Positions 1 through 14,097 of a stretch of 64,000 nucleotides of DNA are shown piece by piece. The stretch comes from Bugula neritina (taxonomy: Eukaryota; Animalia; Bryozoa): the NCBI GenBank assembly GCA_964035545.1, contig OZ037765.1:19530995-19594994 (forward strand), written 5' to 3'. Made by a program: the position numbers and the translations under genes. Within the stretch, counting starts at the first letter, position 1. Every line of letters starts with the position of its first letter. Below the pieces are notes generated by a model. The model ran no database searches and had not been told where the DNA came from. It worked only from the letters and a program-made list of their open reading frames with translations.

Positions 1-229
1 CTAGACTAGCAAGTAGCATAAGCTTGGATTGAAACTGGGCCAACAGCGGTTTCCAGACCAAATGTCAAAAACTTGTATGCATTAGCCATTATAATTATGA
101 AATCAATAAACTTCTAATCTCTGTTTACTAATTTCAAAAATCTTCAATGACAATTGAAATTAAATCTAGCACTAAAAATGAGTTTGCAAATTTTCTTTAG
201 AATTATATTTAAATGAATACTTGAAATTG

Positions 230-450
230 AACTTTATGAACTCATGATGATGCTGTAATTATATTACTATTTGTAAGAAACACCAATACTTATAGTTATA
301 CTTGTATATTTATACCAATTAGACTTATTAGTAATTATAAATTAGTATTACTATTACTGTTAGACTTAGTGTTACTGTTACTGTAACTGTGTTACTGTTA
401 GTAACAGTGTTAGTGTTACTGTTAGTAAATTTAATTACTACTACAAACTC
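230..450. repeat. Degenerate 6-bp-periodic low-complexity tract left of the SMC6 promoter core
   Basis: Runs such as gttactgttactgtaactgtgttactgttagtaacagtgttagtgttactgttagt and tagtattactattact. Confidence 0.6.
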
Positions 451-469
451 AAACTGGTAAAAAAGGCCT

Positions 470-830
470 CGTAAGCCAACAACTAAGCAAGAATGAAATA
501 TTTTCGCAAGATACCATCTTTAAGTTAAGTTGGAAGTCTTCATTTAAATAAACTGAACTGAATCTAGGATGGCAGGGGGTAGAAAGATAAAATTGTAAAA
601 TAAAACATAAATTTTCATCTATCAAATTTTAAACAAAAATAACAATTGACTCGCTCACAGATAATATCTGATTCGACAAAGATCATATAGGTCAACCAGA
701 GCGGTTTCCCATGGCACTTCGATCACTGCACTGGAATAAATTAGTAATTACAGTTCGATATTTATAATTATTGAGATTGACTTTAGTATTTAAATTTTTA
801 GTCAATTACAAAAATGAAGAAATCTTCGCA
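470..830. promoter_or_regulatory. Putative (possibly bidirectional) promoter core upstream of SMC6
   Basis: Local CpG-containing, non-periodic island between two periodic tracts. The SMC6 ATG exon begins with a splice acceptor (ttttag at 3498), so a non-coding first exon must lie upstream. Possible minus-strand donor GTGAG at 658-654. Confidence 0.4.
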
Positions 831-853
831 ATAGACAAACATGTGAAATTAAT

Positions 854-943
854 TTCATCAATAAAAACTGAAAGATATTCAAGTAGTACAACACAAGTTC
901 ATCAATAAAAACTGAAAGATATTCAAGTAATACAACACAAGTT
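854..943 (+). repeat. 44-bp tandem duplication
   Basis: ttcatcaataaaaactgaaagatattcaagtartacaacacaag occurs twice with one mismatch. Confidence 0.9.
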
Positions 944-949
944 AAAGTT

Positions 950-2250
950 GAATATGAAATTCAAATTGAAATTGAAGATGAATATCATTTAATTTTATAT
1001 CAGTATCAGTATGAGCCATGAGTATCAGTATCAGTATCACTATGACTATTGACTATTACTATTAGTATCATACTCTATCAGTATCACTATGACTATCAGT
1101 ATGAGTATCAGTATCGGAGTTTAAGTTTCAACTTTAACTTACTCATAGTCATAGTGATAGTCTTACACTTACAGTTAGTGTTACTCTAACTCTTAGTCTT
1201 ACTCTTAGTCTTGCGCCTTTCACTTTGACTTTCAGTTACTAAATTATTATATTATCAGACTATGAATATTAGTATGAGTATGACTATAAGTATAAGTGTA
1301 TAACTATAGTATTAGTATAGCTATAACTATAAGTGTAAGTACTAAGTATAAAAACTAGAGATCTTTATTTTAGAAAATATTATTTACTTTTAGTTTTAGT
1401 CTTTAATTTATTATTTAATTTTATACTTAGTCTTACTCTTAGTCTTAGAATTTTAGTTTGTAGGTTAAAGTTAGACGTTTGACTGTGAAGTTTGAGGCTG
1501 AAAGTAAAACTAAAAGTAAACGTGGTTAAAGCATGAACTATTAATATTATCTTTATGACAGTTTGAAATAATCATATGATTGCAATCATCATTATCATTG
1601 TGATTATGTTAAACTAGAAGTTGTCTTGGATGATGGTAAATTAATATATTTTTTATAACATAGACTTTAAGTTTAAAAATAAATTCAATTTCAATGTTGT
1701 ACTTATAATATTAATAAAAATCGTAATAATTTTATTTATCATTATGTTACCCACACTAAAATAAGTATATTAGTATTAGTATCACTATTAATATTAGTAT
1801 AACTATAATATTATTACAAATAATATAAAAACAAATATCATTTCAAAAACACTTTAATTTCAGTAATCATGATGATTACCATTATGAGATTAACTTTAGT
1901 AAAAAGTAAGACTAAGTAACTATAGGTTATTAATTAACTATAACTATTAGCTATTATAACTATTAACTATAACTATTATCAAGTTTAACTTGAACATGAA
2001 CTAGTGCTACTTGCAGTTGAACTGTTGAACTTGGAGTAGTTACAGTTTGCACAATGACAAGCCAATTATAATGAATATGATAGTGATGATGTCAATATCA
2101 TATGAGTATCGAATACAATACGACTATGAGCATGAATATTGATGTAATTAATAATATAATGAATAAAAATCTAAAATTCAATATGAATATAAATTGAATA
2201 TTGATGTCTAGTTATATCATTTGACAATCATGATCATCATGACTTTGAAA
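950..2250. repeat. Degenerate hexamer-periodic tract (SASTAT grammar) in the presumed SMC6 first intron
   Basis: cagtatcagtatgagccatgagtatcagtatcagtatcactatgactat..., then reverse-complement units catagtcatagtgatagt and cttactcttagtcttactcttagt. Confidence 0.8.
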
Positions 2251-3540
2251 AAAGGTATAATAATTAAGTATGAGTGGAATTGTGGTGTTACCTCTTCTTG
2301 GGTTTAGGCTTGTCTGAGTTTTTTTTATAAACTGAGTTACAAAAATAAACTTCTGATACACTTGTGGCAAGCCTTTTAATTTCAGTTTAGCCAAAATTCT
2401 GAATTGTATGTGGATCTTTAGAAATTGTTTAGATAAAGTTTAATTTGTAGAGTCATATTGCTCATAATCATAATTATTTAATAGTTATACTTATACGGTT
2501 ATATTTATACTCATCGTATTTTTTTATATTCAAATGTAATTATAATTAAAAAACAAATTATATTGTTATGAATATTACCTACACAAATTCAATGGCCTAT
2601 ATACTTCTACGCTGATGGCATTTAACCAATTGACAGATTAGCTTATTCCCAGTTTGGTCTGACCTCTTTAGATATAAATTTGAGTAACAGTAAATCTAAG
2701 TTTTTTAGATTGACCATTGAGCTAACAGCTAATTCTAACAGTTAACAGAAGTAGTCTAAATTTAATAAGTAAGTAGTTGGTAACTCACAAACTATAAGTG
2801 GAGCTAATAGTAATTATTAGTGAAAGAATAAGTGTAAGTTACCAAAAGCAAATAACTAATTCTAAAAACAATTGTGACAATATCCGTATTTCAGTGTAGC
2901 GCCAGTGATAATAACTATTATATTTCTAGTGTGCTCGGACTATTTTTGATAAATTGTTATTTTTAGTCCTGAACTTGTTCCAACACTAACACTAAAACTA
3001 AGAGTGAAGTTTGCTAAAGCAGGAGCTTGCTGTTTTCAACAGTTGATTGCTTACATCACTAGCTATGATCTACTGTTACATGGCATAAATGATAACCCAA
3101 AAACAAATTTATAGGAAAGAATGTAAGCGTTTTCATTTTAATAAAAAAAATACAATTAAATTAATGCTTATTAATATTGAAAAGTTTTAATAGCTGAATC
3201 CAAGATATTGGTAGCTCTGATACTTATGATTATAATTGTTACACAATACCTTAATGCTGTTTTCAATTATTTAGTATTATCTTGATTTAAACAATTGAAA
3301 ATAAAAGCAGTATCTCAATCTAGATAGCTAATACTCTTCATTGTTTTATCATGTATATCTAACATTGATGGTAATGAAGTGTTTCATGTTGGTTTGGATT
3401 TCCAAACTACTTGACTTTAATTTGAATTTGTTCAATTTTTAGCTTTAAGCATAGCTTGTTGTTGAATGACACGCTAAAACATTATATTCATTTTTTAGAA
3501 GTCAACATGATTTTTGCTTGCGTCAAAGAGTGAAAGTACT

Positions 3541-6500
3541 ATGGGAAAGCGAAAATTGGAGTCATCACAATCTATTTTAGCTAAACGGCGGAAAAATGGT
3601 GTTGACCATGATAAAGTAAAGCAATTTAATATTTTTTTGTTTTTCAAGATTTCATGATAAAAGCTCACGCAAATTTGTAGTGGCCATCCCTGTGGGAAAC
3701 AACAAAATGTGTATGGTAAATCGTGCTAAGGACTTATTCAGATGTGGCACAGAAGCAATTATGACTCGATATTCTTCCTAACATCACCAATGGCCTTTGT
3801 TGGGGTTCAAACCTATGACTTCGTGTTTACTAAGCAAGCATTCTAACCCCTAGACCATGGCTGCTCCCTTCAAAAAATTCATGAGAATGCTTTATGATAT
3901 GTTGCAGCTAACTGTTAAAAATAACTTCTCTTCAATTACTGTGACATTTCAAATTATCATTGCAGGGAGTACTTCCAAATGCTGGAATAATTCAACGTGT
4001 TGAGTTGCGGAATTTTATGAATCATGCTCATTTGAGTTTTGATTTTCAGCCCAGAGTGAGTTTCAAATAAATTTTCCAATTTATATATATTTATAGGCTT
4101 TTATGTGTTGTGAGCTTTGGCACAATAATCATTTATTGGGGAATTTTTCCTAATGAGGTTTTGTCAACTGTTTCATCATTTTTCATATTTTTTAGGTAAA
4201 TATTGTTACCGGGTTCAATGGAACTGGAAAAAGTGCTATTCTGACTGGACTGGTTGTAGGACTGGGAGGAAAAGCTAGCTCAACTAGTCGAGGCAGTCAA
4301 ATCTCTGGTTTCATCAAAGATGGCAAAAAGTGAGATTTCTGGCCAATAATTCAATAAATGTATTTGATCACCACATTTATACAGTTTTATGCTCCATTTC
4401 AAGTAGCCCAGTCAGGTTGAATGCTTGTTTTTCAGTGTTTCCGATATCAAAGTCGTGCTGAACAATGGCGGACCAGACGCGTACCAACCAGACGTGTATG
4501 GTGACAGCATTGTTGTAGAGAGAAAGCTGTCAAGGTCCAGCAACAGCGGAGATTATAAAATTAAGACTGCCAGCATGCGATTAATGAGCACAAAGAAATC
4601 CGATTTAACTCGGATCTTAGACCATTTCAATATACAAGTGGAAAATCCTGTGGCTATTTTGAATCAAGAAACCAGTAAAAACTTCTTATATTCCAAAAAT
4701 CCTGGAGAAGTCTACCAGGTAAATTTAATCTTTCATGAAAAGCTGCTGAATTTTACCTTATTACCCATGTCTTTGTAAAGCGAGTCATTTTATAGATTTT
4801 TTTGTTTTAATAACTGTAGTTGAAAAATAAACTTGCAGTTTTAATTGTGATTTTACCACATATTCAGAAAACTGAATACTCAACTTGAAAATCGTCTCTT
4901 TTAATTATTCCTGTTATATTTCTACGGGGCTAATCAGTTTGTTGAAAGCAAGCATAACATCAGACATTTGTTTGTATACTTTAACCAGGGCAAACAATTC
5001 TTTTAGTATTTTTTGCATTTAGAATCTAAATTTCACTGTCAAATCGAGATTTTTTTTACTCTTAGAATATTGAAAAGTTGCATAACAAAATTATCTTTTA
5101 TAGCTTAAAAGGTTTGCTCTTCAAGATTTTACTCAGTACAGTTAGACTTGAGATATAAATGATATTTTTTGCTCATTTAAAAACTAGTTCCCTAGAATTT
5201 CCATAAAAATCTTTGAGGGTAAAGTTAGGGTTATAAGGTGTTAACTTTGCCCATCCCCCTCCTCCCCCCCCCCCCATCCCCCACTAATGCATTGATCATA
5301 AATTTATATAAATTCTGCCATAGATTAGGTTTTAATGTGAATCTTTTGTAACTACGACATTTAATAGATTTACATTTTTTATTTCATTGATATCCAGCAT
5401 TCTTACCTCACCCTCTGTCAATGTATTTTTCTTATTTTAGTTTTTTACAAAAGCAACAAAACTAGAGCAAATGAAGATAGGATATGATGTCGCTAGGAAA
5501 GAGTTTAAGGCTTCAATGGATGTGCTAAAATCTAAAGAATCGGTATTTCATATTTCTATTATTCAAGTTTTTATATGACTAAATGTATAGATGGTATATA
5601 TTAAACATAGGTTCCCAATGAAAAGTTTTTGTATTGTCTAATTTATTGCAACGAAAAATGTGTATTAGATTTCAGAAAAATTGTCTTTCTACAGTTTATA
5701 TATATTTGATGATTATTCACACCTGCTTCAGCTAATCTTATTAAACAAGTACACACCAAGCCTTGTGTTGGCATCTTTTCGCCAAATTAAATCTCCAAGT
5801 ATTTTTGTAGGATCTTGTTACTTTTATCAACATTTTCTTTCCATAAATCAAAACTTCTACTGAAACATTTACAGAATCGTTTAGGTCAATGCTGCATTGG
5901 CTTAGCAGTTTGTAATGACTTTAATGTAGGAAAACAGTAACTGTGTGTTACATTTGAAGTTCTTTGTTATAGTAAGAAATGTAAAGACTTATGATCGAGC
6001 TTTCTCTCAAACATGTAGACTGACAATATATAGAACTCTTTGTATTTTTTGTAAGCTAGTGAAGTCTAAAATCATTGTATGGTATCATTTGCTCATATGT
6101 TATAGGTACTTCCTATGATGGAGTTGGAATTGAAACAGGCCCAAGAAAAAGCAGCAGCTTTGGAGTCTATTGATAAAATACGCTCTAAACTTGACAAAAA
6201 GGAATGCGAGTTGGCATGGGCCATCGTCGAGTACAAAGAGAACGAACATCATCTGATGAATCAGCGTCTAACAAAGTTGAATAACACGAGGCCAAAATAT
6301 GAAGCGACGGTCACCAAGTCCCAAGTAATAAAACGTTGTAGTAAATGCAGTATTTAAAATAAAAATCAGTTAATTTGCAGGCCATGAGAAACTTTTCTTG
6401 TATTGTAGAAAAAAGTGGAGAAAGCGAAAGAGCATAAGGTAGAGATAGAAGAAAAGGTAAAGAATATGGCAGGAGACACTGGAACATTTGAGTCACAGCG

Positions 6501-9500
6501 CAGTGAGTTTAAGAAGACTCTGATGGAGAAGAGACAAGTCAGCAGAACTAATGGTGAGGCCATGAAGCAGGTACAGCAGGAGTTGGCGCAGCAGCAGAAA
6601 GATAGGACAAGCATGCAAGAAAGAATAACAGAATTACGTGCTAGGTAAACTCTCAACTGTATCACTTTTCTTATGCATATTTGCCGTCAATTATTCATAT
6701 CGCTTCTCTTATTTTTGGTTCATTTTTTATGTCAACATTTTCGACTGCCCAACCAAATTTATTTCATTTCTCAACCTTAAAAATATTTGCAAATCTTCAC
6801 ATATAATCTGTTGCTAGGCGGATATGGACAAGTTTTATGCATGTTTTTTAAGTTCTCAAAAAGATCACTCAAGTTTAGTGAAAGACAGAGACGAAAAGCT
6901 GAGTAAGTTGACATCAAAGCTTCAAGACTTGGAGGCTAAGCTAGCCAATGCCAAGAAGGAAATGAATGAGTCAACCCAAGCGTTGACGACTCTTAGAGAA
7001 GAAAAGATGGAGCATGCGTACGTATACTAGTCTAGCAATATAGCTGCATTACATGCACGTGAAATATATTTAGATGCTTATTACTCTCCTTCACAAATTT
7101 CACATAATTACAAGCGAAATGATGTTTTCAAATTTCACCTTCACAGCAGTTTGAATATTAACTTAGTATCTTTTTGTATTATTCTTTAGTTCTATTGTTG
7201 GCGATTTAGAACGTATCAAAAAAGACAAGCAGCAAAAGATAGGATACTTGGAGAAATCCAGGGGCAATAAGTTTATGAGGTTTGGTAAATATGTGCCAGC
7301 TTTTCTAGAAGAAATTAACAGACTTCACAAGATGGGCAAATTTACCAAGAAACCAGTCGGCCCTATTGGTGCTCATATTTGTATCAAAGATATGAGATAC
7401 GCTTTGGGAGCTGAGAGAGCAATTTGTAAGTCTAATGCAACAGTTACAAATAGCATGCAATGAAATTTAGCAATAATTAGTATCATTAGTCTCCCAAGTC
7501 AAACGAAAATGTCATCAGCGTGAGCATAAAATTTATTATAGAACAAACTTGTTTGAGCATCCAACTATCAAATGGTCTGTAAATGATAACTAAAGAGTAT
7601 ATGAACATTTTAATACGGTATAAATGAAGTGTGTCGGTGATTCTTTAAATATTGAGTACTGTACATAAGTGAGCATTTACTTGAGCAACTTGGCTAATAC
7701 ATATATTCAGTGTAATTGTGTAACAGTTATTTGGTGGCTATAAGAGCTGGTCTCAGCTGCTACAGTGATCTTAGTAGTCACAGTGGTTGCAGAGGTTGTG
7801 TACTCTTATGTCTGCAGCCAAGTCTCTGATGACGTCATTCTATGTGAACCACAAGAGTGATGCCACCTTATTGAATGATGTGAAGAGACGCATATGCAAG
7901 ATGCATGGTGAGAGGCCGCCCGAGGTGCTTGTAGGTGCCTTCACTGAAGAGAGGTACCACGTGGAACCTGACAGAGCTCAGACACATCACCCTACACTCA
8001 TGGATCAGCTCATGGTTGACAACAACATTGTTTTCAACTGCCTTGTTGATCAGGTCAGCGTTGAAATAGTTTACTGACATGCGGACATCTTTTGCTGCTA
8101 GTTATTTGCTTGTAACATTTATATTTGTTGTTACTTTAGATATCAATGCATAACATTGTGATGGTGCTAAATGGTGAAGAAGCCAGAGCCCTGATGTTTA
8201 GACGTCTACCCAAAAACAGTCATGTGGTGAGTATGCTGAACTTTCACATTTCAATTTTACAACAGTCATTCTAATATTAATTTTTACTTTTCACTTTAGA
8301 ACCTTCATAGATATTGTGCTCTACTGTATTTTAATACTCTCTCGCTGAAGTGTTGTTTCTACTACAAGTTTCTACTATAGATCTAGGCAAATGAGTGATT
8401 AGATGTTTATATTCGTTGTTATGTAGTGTTATGACGAGAAAGGAGATGAAATCCTTCCCAAACCTGACAGAGTGTTTGCCAATCACATGAGCCGTCCTAA
8501 TTTTCTCAGTGCTAATGTAGAAGAAGACATCAGGTATGTTTGTTTACATCATTTGCTTGTATATCTGTTTTTTGTTTGATTATATTACGTGGTATTTTGA
8601 AGATCTAAGAAGCCTTATATAAATAGCATGCACTGAATGGCTTTAAATGTTTTAGTATTTAGCAGTATTTTTTGTTTAGGCGCCGACAGTTAGAGAATCA
8701 TCTAATCTATATTTCACATTGCATCTGTGCATTTTGTTTGATACAGATATAAAGTTCATGGCAAAAGACAAGACATTTTGTGTGTGGATATATATAATAA
8801 TGTTCAAACAATATATTTTAGACATTTTATTGCTTTTACATAACTTCAAGTTAGCATGAATAAATAAAATAACTCATAAAGGTTTCAATTACTTGTTAGA
8901 TGTTTCAATTATTCTGTAGGCTAGCATAATATAGTGTCTCTCAAAAATTGCTTGTTTTTAGGAGCTTATTTAAGTGCTAATAATGTAATAAATTTCAATA
9001 TTCACGGTAAGTATTTTATAAACTGGGGCGCAGTATAAGCTTTTTTAGTTATGGTGCATTTTGCTTTGAGGATACGCTTTGTTTTAGGGTGATATTTATT
9101 GCATTGCTGCTTTTTTACAATTTGCATGCCAAGTTCTTACCACTTTGTATCAAATTAAAGACCATAGACTACACATTTCATCATCTATGATCTGGTTGCC
9201 TAGTGAGAGTGTAAATTAGTATATGATTGTGTTTAGAGAGGAAACTCAGGGCCTGAGAGAAGTGAGTAAAGATTTGTCGGAGGCCAGCAAAAATGTGGAG
9301 AAGCTAACTCTCCAGATCCAGTCTAACCATGAAAAGCATTCCAGGTTGAAGGGTGCCGTTAACAGTATTGAAAGACAAATCAGAAAGATTAACACCGTAA
9401 GTTCTAACCTCATATTGCAATGGTTTGTGTCATCAATTGTTTTTTAGACACTGTTTTATAATAATGTTTTATAATCACGCTAAGCTTTATTTTCACTCCG

Positions 9501-12500
9501 CTAGTTGTCTGGGTGCTAATTAGACTAAAACTGATGCGTGGTATCGTTCTATGGTGTTGTCTCATAGTCTCTCAATGTGTCATAACTGTTTACTTAACTT
9601 TCACAGCAGTGTTTTAATGCTGGTTAGTTTTAGCTTACTCAACTTCAACCAATTTATTTCCTTATCAAATTGAAATTAAACGATGGCTGATGTTGAACCC
9701 TTTTTGAATGTCTTAAATGATATTTAAGATGTATTATGACACCAGCGCTGACGATGCCATGCATTTTCAACTCTGGGAGCCGCATGCCAATACCACACAT
9801 TATATTTTCATCTGCTGGTTACATTATTTTGTTTGATACTTCTGAATCTTGAGCAAGTTATTAGTGAGACCTAGCATTCAGTTTCTGTTTGTGAACTAAA
9901 ACTTGTGTAACCATGGCACATAGCTTTATTCTTGCTGTTCGCTTTAATATATTCAGTCTTTCTCTGGCTTCATTTATCTCTCTTGATGCTAAAAATATAT
10001 ATCTACGGGCTTATTGTATAGCCAGCGGTGACGTTTCTATCAACTTTTTGTTCAACAGGATATGGAAGAAATTAATGCTCAGGTTATAGAGCAGGACACA
10101 ATTGGCGATGTCGACGCCCTTATCAGTGATGTAAATAATCTAGATGTTGAAATTGAACAGCTAAAAGTTAACCTTGACACTGCAAAGTTGAAGTATAACA
10201 ACAGTAAAGCTGCCGAACAAGAAGTAGAAAAGCAGCTCTCTACGGTCACCTCCAAACTTCGCTCGATGAATTCGTCAATAGATCCCCTGCGGGTAATCAC
10301 TTGTAATACTATACACAGCCAAGTGACTGTAGGCTCTGTGAATGTTGATGTTGCTAAAAAAGAGATATTGAAGCTTAGTAGTGTTTGTATCATATAATAG
10401 AGGTTTGATTTAGGATGAACTTAACACAGCTGACGAAGCAATAGACCAGGCCAACAATGAGCTCACTCACTATAAACGAGAGTTGAAGAAACTGGATGAA
10501 AAGATAAGCAAAGAGGAAGAATCACTTAATCGGTTTATGGTCAACGAGGTGGAGGTTTGTTGATTACTCAGCTTGGCATATATGCTACTAACCTTTCCCG
10601 TTGAGCTTCAACTGACTATGTTGTACATATTGAACCTGTTTGAGAACAGTTTCCTTCATTTCTGTATGTGATTTAAACCTTCAAATAGCGCATAAATATT
10701 ATGGTTATCTTTCCTGAGCACTCATTTGTCTTTTGCTCATTGTATTTTAAACTTATAATATGCTTAGCTCATTCAGTATACTGACAGTAAGTGCTAGGTT
10801 GACGCTTACAATCATTCAGAGAGAAAGCTAATGCTGACTAATGGTTTTGTTGCACAGAAAAGCATTCAGGCTGCTTCTCAGATGTCTCAGAGGTTGAAAG
10901 TGAAAAAGACTTCCCAAAGTTTGCAAGCGGAAATTGCAAAGCTTAAAGAACAACTTAGCAGAGAAGAGCAGCTGTATGTCAAGTTTTATTATTAATGACT
11001 CATTTTATATGTTCTTTCTATTTGCACTTTATTTTTGTATTCGTGCTATAGTGTTACTCTATAAATTTGTTATCTTAGTTTCCTTATTTCATAAACAATA
11101 CTCAATGTTCATAATAGTGATAATAACATTTAGTTGGTATAGCGATCTAAACCTGCTGTTGGTGAGCCTATAATAGACAATATTTTCAATTTGATTTATT
11201 CATTCAATTCATCAAAAGTTTTAACGTCATCGACTTTTAGAAGAGGAAACGCTGATGAAATACGCGATGTTCTGAATTCCCGCATGGAAAAATATGAGAC
11301 TGCCAAATCACAGCTACAGCAATGTCAGTTGTATAGAGAGGTTGGTTTTGTCTACTTTACGCTGTTCTATGAACTTGCTAATTAAAGCGAATATTGGTGT
11401 AGATCTGTTTATTATATTTGATATCTATTAGAGAGTCTCAGTTTTGTTTTTTCTTATTTCTGTGCTCGTTGTTGCAAATTATCTTCATTCATCAATCATA
11501 TTTGTGTTTTGGGCATCTCAGCAGACTAAACAGTTCAAACTAACTTTGGCACGCTCCATTTTTATAATTTTGTTATATTGTTACGGTTTTATTCTTTGGG
11601 TCATGTCATTATAACTATAACATATTTGGACTATTTTGTTATTATAACTACTGTAAAATATATTTGGGCTATTTTGTTATTATAACTGTATATTTGTTAT
11701 TCAGAGGATGACCAAATCTCTCTCAACTCGCAGGCGCAATCTCTTTAAATTGACTCTTAATACAGCTGACACAACGAAGCTGTACTTCGCTACATTTCTG
11801 CATCAACGGAACTATGAAGGGAAATTAGAATTTGATTTTGAGAAACAAACTTTAGCAATCAAGGTAACTTGCTAGCCTCATGATGCTTAAAACTATTTTA
11901 TGGTGGTTTCAATACTTGTTGAGCATTTGCTCTTTATATATTGTATGTTTAGATTATCGTAGGTAGACTGTAGTCTCTTCCTTTGTAGACAAGTAAGTAG
12001 CTGACTTGTCTAGTTTCACTCGATGAACAAGTGGAGTGTCTCTCCAAATAGTTGAATAAAAAGATAACAACAATAGCTTATTTCCTAGTTCATAGCCACT
12101 CTGCAAACCTCATCCTTTCCCAAACATTTGCTGTTGAACTATTAGGTGATGCAATTGGGTAAGTTTTTATATGGTTTTCTGAATGTAGGTGGATCACCAG
12201 AGCTCATCTAAAAGTTCAAAAGATTGTAATAAAGATCTGAAGGGTCTGTCTGGTGGAGAGAAGAGCTTTAGTACTCTCTGCTTCATCATGTCTCTTTGGG
12301 AGTCTATCAACTCTCCATTCAGGTGTATGGATGAGTTTGATGTATTTATGGTAAGCGCCATGGCTCTGTGTAGGTTTGAGAAGACGCAGTTCTGTTGAAG
12401 CTTCTCATTTAGTGTAATAATTCAATACTATTTTTAATTTACCAGGGTTAGATATTGTAGTATAAAACTAAATTCCCATGTATAATTGCCTCAGCTTTCC

Positions 12501-13221
12501 ATTTTATATTTTACTATTTTCGATTAATTACACTCATTTGTGTTTTAACTTAAGATATGTTCTGCTTCCTACCACTTCCTATATAATTGCTGAACCTACC
12601 TGGTATAAAATATGTAACTCAGAAAAGCAAATTGATTCAAGATGCCAAAAGTACCCTATTTAAACAATATTTAGGCTCCACAATGCTTTGATGACACCTG
12701 CATAACATATATCTTTCCCAGTACAAGCAAGGCCTTGCATCATGAATGTCTTTGGTAGAATTATTAAAATTCATGCTTTCTAAAGATACAAGAATTGCTC
12801 AGTGACAAAAGCAAAAGTCTTTTAATTCAGACTGCGTTGTTTGCATCTCAAGAAATGCGCTTGAAAGCTACTAGTATTTCTAATGCACTAGCATGTAACA
12901 TGACTGACTATTGGCTGTTTTCAGGACATGGTAAACAGGAAGGTTTCCATTAAAATGTTGACAGAGTTTGCCAAGGAGAACCCTAGTCATCAGTTTATCC
13001 TTCTCACCCCTCAAGACACCAGGTAACCTACTCTTACTACTAATGTTATATAATTTGTTATTGTACTCTTACTTGACTAGTTGCATATCATTGGTATTCG
13101 AAATTTTTGACACATTGTTGTGTATAATATATCACCTCAATTATTTATTGTTTGTAGTCAAATTGAAGTGAACGACTATGTACATATATTTCGGATGCCT
13201 GACCCTAAACGAGGAAACTAA
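3541..13221 (+). CDS. SMC6: Structural maintenance of chromosomes protein 6 (multi-exon, about 20 coding exons)
   Basis: Exons read MGKRKLE..., [14 protein letters not shown], Walker [34 protein letters not shown], coiled coils, hinge [11 protein letters not shown], signature [18 protein letters not shown], Walker [14 protein letters not shown] and QFILLTPQ, with stop TAA at 13219-13221. All introns checked are GT-AG and in phase. Confidence 0.95.
3663..3868 (-). mobile_element. tRNA-Thr(AGT)-derived SINE, copy A (in an SMC6 intron)
   Basis: Minus strand reads gggagcagccatggtctaggggttaga (A box), cttagtaaac (Thr-AGT-like loop) and ggtttgaacccc (B box), followed by a body shared with the copies at 28.3, 32.2 and 38.8 kb. 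Confidence 0.85.
11607..11700 (+). repeat. Short intronic minisatellite (about 3 degenerate units)
   Basis: ttataact...tatttggrctattttgtta repeated. Confidence 0.7.
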
Positions 13222-13989
13222 TCTTTATATTAGATATTACAATAAATACTTTTCCTGTTTATTTTATTACTCGAAATAATATAAATCATGTATATTTTGT
13301 TAATGTATTTTCATTCCAGTATTTTAAGAATAAACAAATAATCAATTGTATGGTCTTCTGGTACAATACTAGTTTATGGTCTGCAACAAGTGTTTTGATT
13401 GTGTTAAAGGGCGTTTGGTAAACATCAGCAATTGCATACTTCATTAATCAAGACTATGTTCTATTTACAGTATATTATATGCCAGTTAGTATTGAAAGCT
13501 GTCTGCTTTAAACACCCAGGCTTTGGGTTATGCGTCATTCTAAAAAATGAAACAATAAAGATGTTCCTAACTACTCAAGTAACAATAATACCTGGTTTCT
13601 ACTTGTTTCTAAGTTTTAGATACTAGCTAAAGCAAAACCAAATTATTGGGATATGGGTGAAACTAAATCATTTGTACATGCAATAGATGATTTCAGTATA
13701 ACTTAGGGCTGCTATAGTGTACTAGCTAGACAGGCTTTCTTTTTTTCTAGAACAGAATATTTTCTTGGTTTCTATTATTTTGTGCCATCCTTTCTTATAG
13801 AAGACTAAAAAGTAATGTATAGCTTTTCATTCAGCAAAAGTTTCAATGACCCATGCAAAAAATAAGGCGAAAGGTGTTTTCATCTTTTTAATTTACTCAA
13901 CAATTAATGGATGGTTGTTAAATTGTGTGCTTTCCATCAGGTGAAAACATGTAGATTTGCCTTTACCTGTGCCATGTAGGCTATATGTA

Positions 13990-13996
13990 TATATAA

Positions 13997-14047
<51 letters not shown>

Positions 14048-14097
14048 TATATATATATACATATATCATATTGTATTTATATACACACACACATATA
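13990..14097. repeat. (TA)n/(CA)n microsatellite
   Basis: Long TA run followed by CA runs. Confidence 0.95.

Noticed and set aside
950-1350. CRISPR-like or coding interpretation of the periodic tracts
   Set aside because: There is no constant repeat with unique spacers, and the context is eukaryotic. Translations (e.g. 61256-61468) are low-complexity I/V/L/S strings without splice support.
6311-10393. Antisense ORFs over SMC6 exons (also over ATAD2 and TRIM exons)
   Set aside because: Shadow frames of real coding exons
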